Shown here one piece after another: positions 32,301 through 39,556 of a DNA stretch of 64,000 nucleotides. The DNA is from Candidatus Spongiisociaceae bacterium (GTDB lineage Bacteria; Actinomycetota; Acidimicrobiia; Spongiisociales; Spongiisociaceae). The notes beneath the pieces were generated by a model. That model searched no databases and was not told where the DNA came from. It saw only the letters and a program-made list of their open reading frames with translations. The position numbers and the translations under genes are program-made. The stretch spans positions 4,192,001-4,256,000 of the forward strand of contig CBDCOH010000002.1 in the NCBI GenBank assembly GCA_965219685.1, in the 5' to 3' direction. Within the stretch, counting starts at the first letter, position 1, and every line of letters starts with the position of its first letter.

Positions 32301-32790
32301 CGAGGTGTGGAAGCACCTCCGAAGGTTCCAGGCATCCGACTCCCAGACCGCTCTCAGCTACCGGGTCGTGCCCGTCAACTACCTCTCCAAACTCTTCGGC
32401 GGCTATTGCAGCAACTCCGGCGCCACCAACGAGGCCAGGAACAAGGGCACCCCCACCGAGGGTCGCAACCCCTGGGCCAACGACGGCTGCCCGCTCACCA
32501 ACACCGGCTCCATCGCCCTCACGTCCGGGGCGAGCTACATAGAGGTGGACTGGGACAACACGAGATCCATCAACACAGACTTCGTCGACGAGATCCAGAT
32601 CCAGTGGAAATCGTCAGGCCAGGAGTACTCGGACGTAGCTGCTGAAGGCCGCAACACCGCAGTCACCCAGAGCCAGCTCCCGTATCGCATCACGACGACC
32701 GCCGGAACGCAACTGTCCGTCCGCATCCGCCTGGTAAGCGGCGACAACACCAGCCCCTGGGTCGAAGGCCAAGCCACTGCAGGCTCGTAA
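26368..32790 (+). CDS. SLH-anchored protein with Gly linker, ~15 Fn3 repeats and a C-terminal putative zinc metallopeptidase (HExxH) domain
   Basis: Three SLH repeats; ~97-aa Fn3 repeats (ITGLDNG.EY.VQV); FIHELAHVY with a downstream HELMAD. Confidence 0.85.
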   Translation: MGKQRRVRLAANKEREALNGAEQEGISSGAVPVPRLGYGYVLPSLLVVLLGAAVLAAAAQEATPFPDVPPDAYYAEPVSTLAAVGVFVGTECDEGFCPEEDIDRVTVAVWAVRVLDGADPPRVASTRFGDVAGTHPFAAFVERLAVLGVTQGCGDGSDFCPDRTVTRAQMAAFLARAFGLAAGPDPGFSDVPSGAWYAASVARLAASGITKGCGDGTMFCPDRAVTRAQMATFLARALEFANERSGGGEGSGGGGSGGGGGGGSGGGGGGGGSTLSQRQVQAPGAPQSVVMAVRGDTTLEVLWDSPHSDGGDSNLSYVVQRRPGALGIWSSTRVTVTPSESGTGHRAEMEGLVNGVTYQIRVAARNSGGTGSFVVVEGQPVGTRAPGDPTSLSVRAGRNQLSVSWRAPSDRGGYASVTYEVQYRVADTGGWTTFATDETGTSVTITGLDNGVEYQVRVAARNPVLSSRYVEGTGTPTGSGPSVPRFVSVTAEFERLSVSWQEPEDPGGYDLSLLSYSVLYRESGGGAWTTFASDETGISVTITGLDNGVEYQVQVAARNPAGSSGSITRAGTPVGNLPGAPTIDTVTAGNRSLEVEWSAPSNTGGYADSFLTYSVQYRKGSSGSFTTFASGVTGTSVTITGLDNGDEYEVQVEAVNPAGASGYTTSARGTPVGIAPGKPGSVSLIAGNGSLRVDWQKPSTGGYADSFLTYSVQYRKGSSGSFTTFASGVTGTSVTITGLDNGDEYEVQVEAVNPAGASGYTTSARGTPVGTKPEAPTGVSVTAGRNQMSVSWTAPSVTGGYNASDLTYSVQYRKGSTGGWTTFASAETATSVTITGLDNGYEYQVQIAARNPGNFVSTYSDPESATPVGDAPDKPTNVSVTVGKNRLSVSWNAPSGTGGYASSFLTYTVEFREGSTGQWSTDGVNVSGRSATITGLDNGVEYEVQVEAVNPAGGSGFTDPQSGTPRGDRPGTPTIDGVRAGNGSLEVSWTAPTDTGDYASSFLAYVVQYRKGSSGSFTTYASDETGTSVTITGLDNGDEYQVQVATKNPAGTSGYVTATETPVGTAPDAPTIDTVRAGNGSLEVSWTAPTDTGDYASSFLAYVVQYRKGSSGSFTTYASDETGTSVTITGLDNGDEYQVQVATKNPAGTSGFDTATGTPVGTMPGKPGSLSAQARNAALLVSWAAPSNLGGYDASFLTYSVQYREGSSGSFTTFASDETGTSVTITGLDNGTEYEVQVEAKNPAGSSGYTTPVKGTPVGTEPSAVRNPAVTSDGDGELDVSWDAPDDHGGYSTLTYVVERRKAAGNRSWSDAGVTISGTTATITGLDVGEEYDVQVAATNGAGTGPYEELSGTPEGSLPGAPGNLMVTAGSRQLSLSWDAADDGGYDSVSYVVEYRTGTDEWSVFAESNSTDTAAVITGLVNGTSYDVRVAATNVRGRGPDTASTGTPVGTVPGAPRHVAARPGHESLEITWSVPASTGGYGAATLTYTVEFKESGSTDDWSDTGVTVTGTAAEITGLTNDTAYQVRVGASNAAGTGTQYGTVTATPAKSFKPRDVVVTGGGRSLVVTWSAPAAPAGEITTYDIRYRQDGTDTWTTVSSVTSPHTISSLMANTSYDVQVGTNDTSANPTVWSDTVTRSTRAAPGRPWGLKSQAQLTETKLHIRWSIPTSGVITGYKIQWRRDGDDWDPSRRQTTKRYPTSPANVLDAEINVGSAKDNDGDGTEWQIRIMAYNNGGDSEPIEIDYTQLHTVAEYNAWAEDNIIEPLEEDWPWLRAVWDFLDSRPGANLKVANTSSYQGRTRLNLIRDPRAANDNLPVSTLTDVSMRKALRREDPEHLSAFIHELAHVYAQTTDIADWIDDVALIGMVYLYVNEEYENSPFDAECVAHELMADMIQYVVMKDADADAENGDLSSLFNLPASAHQYLEYWLLCNHVGSSPTSDDETFIRSVLEGDIPDWFTDTYGGSSSDIYTRDYDGDAAEVWKHLRRFQASDSQTALSYRVVPVNYLSKLFGGYCSNSGATNEARNKGTPTEGRNPWANDGCPLTNTGSIALTSGASYIEVDWDNTRSINTDFVDEIQIQWKSSGQEYSDVAAEGRNTAVTQSQLPYRITTTAGTQLSVRIRLVSGDNTSPWVEGQATAGS
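28186..28678 (+). repeat. Identical ~202-bp direct repeat pair (28186-28387 / 28477-28678, 291-bp period)
   Basis: Direct comparison by eye. Confidence 0.85.
29299..29821 (+). repeat. Identical ~232-bp direct repeat pair (29299-29530 / 29590-29821, 291-bp period)
   Basis: Direct comparison by eye. Confidence 0.85.
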
Positions 32791-33060
32791 CCTACCGCCC
32801 GGACGGCTGCAGTGGTGACGGTGGCTGTCGACATCGGGGCGATGACACCGACCCCGAGGTGCTGTTCCAGCCGACCGAAGCCGATCCGAACACAGCGGGC
32901 CACCAGGTTGAGGTGGCCCGACTAGGGTCGACCCGGTCGGTGTGATCGTCACCGATGCGGCCGGATCGGCCGCCGAGGTAGCAGGCCGATGTTCACTGGT
33001 CTGTCGAGTTGACTGCTGGACTGATCCCGCGATGTGCGGGGTTGGGTCAGGGGCTTCAGG

Positions 33061-36024
33061 TCATGGACTCCAGCGCACTCCTTCCGGAGCGCGGGGCCAG
33101 CAGGTGATCGTGTCGTCGGTTGCGATGGCGCAGGTGTGTCTTTTGTAGGCCGTGATGGCTTTGTAGGTGCCCGGGATCGAGTCGGGAATGTCGCCATCGA
33201 CGCCTCCCCAGCAGGAGACGGTGTCGTCGTCGGCGATGGCGCAGCTGTGGGTCGATCCGGCTGCGACGGCTTTGTACGTGCCGGCGGGCGCGTCGGCCTG
33301 GCCGTCGTTGTTCTTTCCCCAGCAGGTGATGGTGTCGTCGTCGGCGATGGCGCAGCTGTGGTACCCGCCGACTGTGACGGCCTTGTAGGTGCCGGTGGGC
33401 GCTTTGGCCTGGCGGTTGTTGTTCTTTCCCCAGCAGGAGACGGTGTCGTCGGTTGCGATTGCGCACGTGTGATGCAGACCGGGTGTGACGGTCTTGTAGG
33501 TGCCCGCGGGCACGTTGGACTGTCCGAAGCCCCAGCAGGTGACCGTGTCGTCGATCGTTGTGGCGCAGGTGTGGTGCGTGCCGGCTGTGACGGCCTTGTA
33601 GGTGCCGGTGGGCGCGTCGGTCCGGCCGTAGAGGGCGCTTCCCCAGCAGGTCATGGTGTCGTCGGCGGTGATGGCGCAGGTGTGGTCGTCGCCCGATGAG
33701 AGCGCCCGATGCGCGCCTGCGGGCGCGTCGGTCTGCCCGTAGTAATTGGCTCCCCAGCAGTCGATGGTGTCGTCGGATGTGATGGCACAGCTGTGGTCCC
33801 AGCCGACTGCGACAGATTTGTAGGTGCCTGCGGGCGCGTCGGTCTGCCCGAAGTTGTTGTACCCCCAGCAGGTGATGGTGTCGTCGTCGGCGATGGCGCA
33901 GCTGTGATACTCGCCGAGTGCGACGGTCTTGTGGGTACCGGCCGGGGCCTCTGCGGGCCCGTTGTAGTTCTCTCCCCAGCAGGTGACGGAGTCGTCGGTG
34001 GCGATGGCGCAACTGTGACTCTCGCCGGAGACGACCGCCTTGTAGGTGCCTGCGGGCGGATCGGTCTGCCCGAAGTCGTTGGCTCCCCAGCAGTCGATGT
34101 TGTCGTCGGTCCTGATGGCGCACACGTGGTTGGTGCCGGTGTCGACCGCCTTGTAGGTGCCGGCGGGCGCGTCGGTCTGACCGTCGTAGTTCATTCCCCA
34201 GCACGCGAGGGTATCGTCGGTCTTGATGGCGCACTTGTGCTGGGACATGGACGCGAACATCTTGAATGTTCCGGCCGGCGCGTCGGACTGTCCGAAGCGG
34301 GTTGGCCCCCAGCAGTTGAGGGTGTCGTCGAACGCGACGGCGCAGGCGCTGTAGCTGCCGGCGTCGATGGCCTTGTAGGTGCCCGTCGGCGCGTCGATCC
34401 TTCCATGGATGCTGTTTCCCCAGCAGGCGACGGTGCCGTCAGTCCTGAGGGCACACGCATGCTCCCAGCCGTGGGTGACGGCCTTGAACGTTCCCTCGGG
34501 CGGGTCGGCCTGGCCGAAGGCGTTGGCGCCCCAGCAAGCCAGGGTGTCGTCGGTCTTGATGGCGCATGAGGAGTGGTCGTCCGCCGACTCGACCAGCTTG
34601 AAGGTGCCGGTCGGCACCTCGAGCTGGCCGTACTGGTTGTCCCCCCAGCAGGAGATGTTGCCGTCGATGCGCAGGCCGCACACGTGGATGCGGCCGACGA
34701 CGACAGACTGGAAGGCGCCGGCCGGCGTGTCGGTCTGCCCGGAGATGTTCCTGCCCCAGCAGGTGATGGCGCCGTCATAGCGCAGGCCGCACGTCTCGTA
34801 CTTGTTGGCGGAGAGTGATTTGAATCCTTTGTTGTTGGTTGTTTGGTGGTGGCCAGGCATGTTGTGGCGGGCGAGGTGGGATTGGGTGTTGGTGGTGACC
34901 CACATCGAGGCGCCGTTGGACCAGATGCCCCATGGTTTGTCGGTGCCGGTGTCTGCGAGGGTGTTGATGTCTCTTTCTGTGGTGCGGGCGCCGTTGGAGA
35001 GCCGGTAGGCGTAGATCTTGTCGTCGCGGTCGTCGGCCACCCAGAGGGTGGTGCCGTCGGACCAGAATCCCCTGGGGTGGTTGTTGCCGGCGGCGTCGAG
35101 GGTGTCGATGTCTTTGCCCTGGACGCGGGCGCCGTTGGAGAGCCGGTAGGCGTAGATCTTGTCGTCTTCGTCGTCGGCGATCCAGAGGGTGGTTCCGTTG
35201 GACCAGATGCCCATGGGCTTGGTGTTGCCTGCGGCTTCGAGGGTGATGATCACCTTGGACGCGTCGCGGGCGCCGTCGGCGAGGCCGTAGGCGTATACCC
35301 AGTTGTCGCGGCCGTCGGCGACCCAGAGGGTGGTTCCGTCGGACCACATGCCTCGGGGGGTGGTGTTGCCTGCGGCTTCGAGGGTGATGATCACCTTGGA
35401 CGCGTCGCGGGCGCCGTCGGCGAGGCTGTAGGCGTACACCTTGTCCTCGCCGTTGTCGGCGATCCAGATGGTGGTGCCGTCGGACCAGATGCCGCGGCTG
35501 GCGCTGTTGTCCTCGTCCAACGATGCTGTCGTCCACTCAACCGCCGAGACATCCTCTTCGGTCTCCACGGGCTCTTCCGGCTCCTGCGACGGTGGAGCCG
35601 CCGGAGTGTTGGCGCGAACGAACCCCGACTGCGGGCTGAGCCCGTGCGCGTTGCGGGCCTTGACCCGGTACACGTACCGGGTCGACGCCTCAACAGTCGT
35701 GTCGGTGTAACCGGTGGCATCAGCGGCCACGGCGTCATCGATGATCTCGAACGCGCCTGCGGCCTGCACGGCGCGGTTGCGACGAAGAACCTGATAACCC
35801 GTGATGGAGGAGTCCCCCGGATCGTTCCACGACAGCGTCACCGAGTCATGTGACACAGCGGTAACGGCAAGCCCCTGTGGCGTATCGGGCACGTTCCCGC
35901 TCTGCGCCGCCGCGGCGGCGACCACCGCCAAGGAGACCACCGCCGCGCACACCACCGCGTACTGCAGCCTTCTACGACGACCCCCCGCACGGCCTTCTGG
36001 GGCGAGCCTCAGCTCTTGGACCAC
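33061..36024 (-). CDS. Secreted Fn3 + beta-propeller (GIWSDGTT repeats) + RCC1-like repeat protein (987 aa)
   Basis: GTG 36024 lies 7 nt after GAAGGAG. Signal peptide, shared Fn3 and ~36-aa H.CAI..DDT..CWG.N..GQ repeats. Confidence 0.85.
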   Translation of the reverse strand: MVQELRLAPEGRAGGRRRRLQYAVVCAAVVSLAVVAAAAAQSGNVPDTPQGLAVTAVSHDSVTLSWNDPGDSSITGYQVLRRNRAVQAAGAFEIIDDAVAADATGYTDTTVEASTRYVYRVKARNAHGLSPQSGFVRANTPAAPPSQEPEEPVETEEDVSAVEWTTASLDEDNSASRGIWSDGTTIWIADNGEDKVYAYSLADGARDASKVIITLEAAGNTTPRGMWSDGTTLWVADGRDNWVYAYGLADGARDASKVIITLEAAGNTKPMGIWSNGTTLWIADDEDDKIYAYRLSNGARVQGKDIDTLDAAGNNHPRGFWSDGTTLWVADDRDDKIYAYRLSNGARTTERDINTLADTGTDKPWGIWSNGASMWVTTNTQSHLARHNMPGHHQTTNNKGFKSLSANKYETCGLRYDGAITCWGRNISGQTDTPAGAFQSVVVGRIHVCGLRIDGNISCWGDNQYGQLEVPTGTFKLVESADDHSSCAIKTDDTLACWGANAFGQADPPEGTFKAVTHGWEHACALRTDGTVACWGNSIHGRIDAPTGTYKAIDAGSYSACAVAFDDTLNCWGPTRFGQSDAPAGTFKMFASMSQHKCAIKTDDTLACWGMNYDGQTDAPAGTYKAVDTGTNHVCAIRTDDNIDCWGANDFGQTDPPAGTYKAVVSGESHSCAIATDDSVTCWGENYNGPAEAPAGTHKTVALGEYHSCAIADDDTITCWGYNNFGQTDAPAGTYKSVAVGWDHSCAITSDDTIDCWGANYYGQTDAPAGAHRALSSGDDHTCAITADDTMTCWGSALYGRTDAPTGTYKAVTAGTHHTCATTIDDTVTCWGFGQSNVPAGTYKTVTPGLHHTCAIATDDTVSCWGKNNNRQAKAPTGTYKAVTVGGYHSCAIADDDTITCWGKNNDGQADAPAGTYKAVAAGSTHSCAIADDDTVSCWGGVDGDIPDSIPGTYKAITAYKRHTCAIATDDTITCWPRAPEGVRWSP

Positions 36025-38975
36025 CAGTTCACTCCTTCGGGAGTGCGCGGCCAGCAGTTGATGGTGTCGTCGGTTGCGATGGCGCAGGTGTGTCTCTTGT
36101 GGGCCGTTATGGCTCTGTAGGTGCCGGGGATCGAGTCGGGGTTGTCGCCATCCTTGCCTCCCCAGCAGTTGATGGCGCCGTCGGTGGCGATGGCGCAGGA
36201 GTGGATCCGGCCCAGCGCGAGGGCCTTGTAGGTGCCGGTGGGCGCGCTGGTCTGCCCGTGGTCGTTTTGTCCCCAGCAGGAGACGGTGTCGTCGGTTGCG
36301 ATGGCGCAGGAGTGGTGCCCGCCGGCTGCGAGCGTCTTGTAGGTGCCGGTGGGCGCTCTGGTCTGGCGATAGTTGTTTCGTCCCCAGCAGTTGATGGTGT
36401 CGTCGGTGGCGATGGCGCAGGTGTGGTACCGGCCCAGCGCGAGGGCCTTGTAGGTGCCGGTGGGCGCGTTGGTCTGGCCATGGTCGTTTTGTCCCCAGCA
36501 GTTGATGGTGTCGTCGGTGGCGATAGCGCAGGAGTGGTTTTGGCGAAGCGCGAGCGTGCTGAAGGTGCCGGTGGGCGCGTCGGTCTGCCCGGAGGTGTTG
36601 AGCCCCCAGCAGGTGATGGTGTCGTCGGCGGCGATGGCGCAGATGTGGTCGTCGCCTGATGACAGTGCCTTGTGCGTGCCTGCGGGTGTGCCGGTCTGCC
36701 CGAGGGAGTTGTCTCCCCAGCAGGCGATCGTGCCGTCGGTTGTCATGGCGCAGCTGTGAAAGAGGCCGGTTACGACGGTCTTGTGGGTGCCGGTGGGCGC
36801 GTCGGTCTGTCCGAGGTCGTTCAGTCCCTGGCAGGTGATCGTGTCGTCGGCCCCTATGGCGCAGCTGTGATACTCGCCGACAGCGACGGCCTTGTGGGTG
36901 CCGGCCTGCGGCTCCGCAAGCGCGTTGTAGTTCTCTCCCCAGCAGGTGACGGAGTCGTCGGTCGCGATGGCGCAAGTGTGGTAACCGCTGGCGAGGACAG
37001 TCTTGAAGGTGCCGGCCGGCGCGTCTGAATTGCCGTAGAGGTTGGATCCCCAGCACGCCAGAGTGTCGTCGAGTGCAATCGCACAAGTGTGGGTGATGCC
37101 GCTGCTGACCGTCCTGTAGGTGCCGGCTGGCGGGTCTGACTGGCCATTGCGGTTGTCTCCCCAGCACACCAGCGTGTCGTTGGTGGCGATGGCGCACGTA
37201 TGCTCGGACCCGGTCGAGAACCTCTTGTACGTCCCGGCCGGCTCGTCGGACTGCCGGTAGCGTTGGTACCCCCAGCAGTTGAGGGTGTCGTCGAGCGCGA
37301 GCGCACAAGTGTGGACTTCGCCGGCGTCGATTGCCTTGTAGGTGCCCCTCGGCGGTTCGTCCACTCCCTGGTTGCTGTATCCCCAGCAGGCGATCTTGCC
37401 GTTGGTCCTGAGGGCGCACACGTGCTCCCAGCCGATGGTCATGGCCTTGAACGTTCCTTCAGGCGCCTCGGCCTGACCGAAGGAGTTGTATCCCCAGCAG
37501 GCCATGGTGTCGTCGGTCTTGATGGCGCACGAGGTCCGGTCGTGCGCCTCAATATCCTTGTAGGTGCCGGCCGGCGCCTCGAGCTGGAGGAAGGCGTTGT
37601 CACCCCAGCAGGCGATGGTGTCGTCGGTCTTGATGGCGCACATATGCATGCTGCTGGTGACGAATGACTTGTAGGTGCCGTCCGGTACGCCGATCTGCCC
37701 ATGGCTGTTCACCCCCCAGCAGGAGATGGTGCCGTCATAGCGCAGGCCGCAGGTGTCGTGGGCGTTGGATGAGAGTGCCTTGAAGCCTTTGTTGTTGGTT
37801 GTTTGGTGGTGGCCGGGCATGTCGTGGCGGGCGAGGTGGGATTGGGTGTTGCTGGCGACCCACATGGAGGCTTCGTTGGACCAGATGCCCCAGGGTTTGT
37901 CGGTGCCGGTGTCGTCGAGGCTGTCGATGTCCTTGTCCGGCGTGCGGGCGCCGTTGGAGAGTCGGTAGGCGTAGATCTTGTCGTCGCGGTCGTCCGCCAC
38001 CCACAGGGTGGTTCCGTCGGACCAGATGCCCCTGGGGTTGTTGTTACCCGCCGCATCCAGGGTGTCGATGTCCTTGCCGGGTGTGCGGGTGCCGTTGTCG
38101 ATCCGGTAGGCGTAGATCTTGTCGTCCTCGTCGTCGGCGATCCAGAGGGTGGTTCCGTTCGACCAGATGCCCATGGGCTTGGTGTTGCCCGCCGCTTCGA
38201 GGGTGATGATCACCTTGGACGCGTCGCGGACGCCGTCGGCGAGGCTATAGGCGTATACCCAGTTGTCGCGGCCGTCGGCGACCCAGACGGTGGTTCCGTC
38301 GGACCACACGCCCCGGGGAGTGGTGTTACCGGCGGCGGCGAGGGTGTTGATGTCTTTGGACGTGTCCCGGGTGCCGTCGGCAAGGGTGTAGGCGTAGACC
38401 TTGTCCTCGGCGTTGTCGGCCACCCATACGGTGGTGCTGTCGGACCAGATCCCACGGCTGGCGGTGTTGTCCTCGTCTAACGATGCCGTCGTCCACTCCA
38501 CCGCCGAGACGACCTCCTCGGTCTCCTCGGTCTCCTGCGGGGGTGGAGCCGCCGGAGTGTTGGCGCGAACGAACCCCGACTGCGCGCTAAGGCCCTCAGC
38601 GTTGCGGGCCTTGACCCGGTAGACGTACCGGGCCGATGCCTCAACAGTCGTGTCGGTGTAACCGGTGGCGTCAGCAGCCACCGCGTCATCGATGACGTCG
38701 AACACGCCCGCAGCGTGCACGGCGCGGTTGCGGCGAAGAACCTGATATCCCGTGATGGACGAGTCCCCCGGATCGTTCCACGACAGCGTCACCGAGTCAT
38801 GGGCCACAGCACTAACGGCAAGCCCCTGCGGCGCATCGGGCTCATCCCCCGTCTGGGCCGCCGCGGTGGCGACCACCGCCGCTGAGATCCCCGCCACCAC
38901 TGCAACAACCCGAAGAAAAGTCATCGAGCACATGGTTTGGCTGGCCGCTCTAGGAACCCGACGCTGCTTGCCCAT
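36009..38975 (-). CDS. Secreted Fn3 + beta-propeller + RCC1-like repeat protein (988 aa), tandem paralog
   Basis: Starts MGKQRRV after leader copy H and is collinear with 33061..36024. Confidence 0.9.
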   Translation of the reverse strand: MGKQRRVPRAASQTMCSMTFLRVVAVVAGISAAVVATAAAQTGDEPDAPQGLAVSAVAHDSVTLSWNDPGDSSITGYQVLRRNRAVHAAGVFDVIDDAVAADATGYTDTTVEASARYVYRVKARNAEGLSAQSGFVRANTPAAPPPQETEETEEVVSAVEWTTASLDEDNTASRGIWSDSTTVWVADNAEDKVYAYTLADGTRDTSKDINTLAAAGNTTPRGVWSDGTTVWVADGRDNWVYAYSLADGVRDASKVIITLEAAGNTKPMGIWSNGTTLWIADDEDDKIYAYRIDNGTRTPGKDIDTLDAAGNNNPRGIWSDGTTLWVADDRDDKIYAYRLSNGARTPDKDIDSLDDTGTDKPWGIWSNEASMWVASNTQSHLARHDMPGHHQTTNNKGFKALSSNAHDTCGLRYDGTISCWGVNSHGQIGVPDGTYKSFVTSSMHMCAIKTDDTIACWGDNAFLQLEAPAGTYKDIEAHDRTSCAIKTDDTMACWGYNSFGQAEAPEGTFKAMTIGWEHVCALRTNGKIACWGYSNQGVDEPPRGTYKAIDAGEVHTCALALDDTLNCWGYQRYRQSDEPAGTYKRFSTGSEHTCAIATNDTLVCWGDNRNGQSDPPAGTYRTVSSGITHTCAIALDDTLACWGSNLYGNSDAPAGTFKTVLASGYHTCAIATDDSVTCWGENYNALAEPQAGTHKAVAVGEYHSCAIGADDTITCQGLNDLGQTDAPTGTHKTVVTGLFHSCAMTTDGTIACWGDNSLGQTGTPAGTHKALSSGDDHICAIAADDTITCWGLNTSGQTDAPTGTFSTLALRQNHSCAIATDDTINCWGQNDHGQTNAPTGTYKALALGRYHTCAIATDDTINCWGRNNYRQTRAPTGTYKTLAAGGHHSCAIATDDTVSCWGQNDHGQTSAPTGTYKALALGRIHSCAIATDGAINCWGGKDGDNPDSIPGTYRAITAHKRHTCAIATDDTINCWPRTPEGVNWWSKS

Positions 38976-39236
38976 TATCCCGGACCTCTTGCCGTTCCCA
39001 TGGCCGGTCGACCTGCGCTAATTCTGGCTCCGGCGAACTCGCGGGCTGATCTCTGGACGCTGCAAGGCTGCCCTACCTGTGGGCCTTCCCTGGGCGTTTC
39101 TCCCCTGGGGACCTATTGACTTCATCCGTACCCGTACCGGCTTCGATCCGGATGGTAATCGAGATGCCGCTATCCCACAAGCGTAAGCATGAGATAGCCG
39201 TAAGATAGTTGGCTATCTATATCAAATTACTGTAAA
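38976..39236 (-). promoter_or_regulatory. Conserved promoter/leader element, copy H
   Basis: TTTACA-N5-TTGATA-N13-ATCTTA-N5-ATCTCA-N9-TTGTGG-N17-TACCAT, then the leader to ATG 38975. Confidence 0.8.
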
Positions 39237-39526
39237 CTCAGGTGCAGCACGTGCGGGTCGGGGACTATCGCCGCCGCTTCCTTGTACGTGGGACTACACA
39301 GAGCCGCATGAGACCACATAAGCTCCACACAAGACCGAAGTCTATCCGCGGACACAGCATCTGATTGAGGCTCTAGGAGATCGCACAAAACCAGGAAACG
39401 GCGGTCGCCCCACCGCCGAACCTCGGAGCACCTGACCTCAGCAGTGGTCTTGGCAACGGACTCTGTGCCGGATGGTCCGCAAAGACTCGCGCAGTTGCCT
39501 ATGTCAAGAGGATCCCCACCCCCCCA

Positions 39527-39550
39527 TGAACCGCCCCGGAACCGCCCCGG
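39527..39550 (+). repeat. Outer half of an IS3-family (IS6110/IS629-like) terminal inverted repeat, split by IS110; 11-bp tandem duplication
   Basis: TGAACCGCCCCGG followed by AACCGCCCCGG. The inner half TTTCCCCGGAGACTC resumes at 41035. Confidence 0.75.
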
Positions 39551-39556
39551 ATGCTC

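Noticed and set aside
33061-37419. 1452-aa ORF as one protein
   Set aside because: The N-terminal ~465 aa is an Arg/His-rich shadow frame of 36009..38975. An RBS and signal peptide place the start at 36024.
33061-38975. Diversity-generating retroelement acting on repeat proteins
   Set aside because: No reverse transcriptase in the window and no TR/VR pair with adenine-specific differences was noticed.
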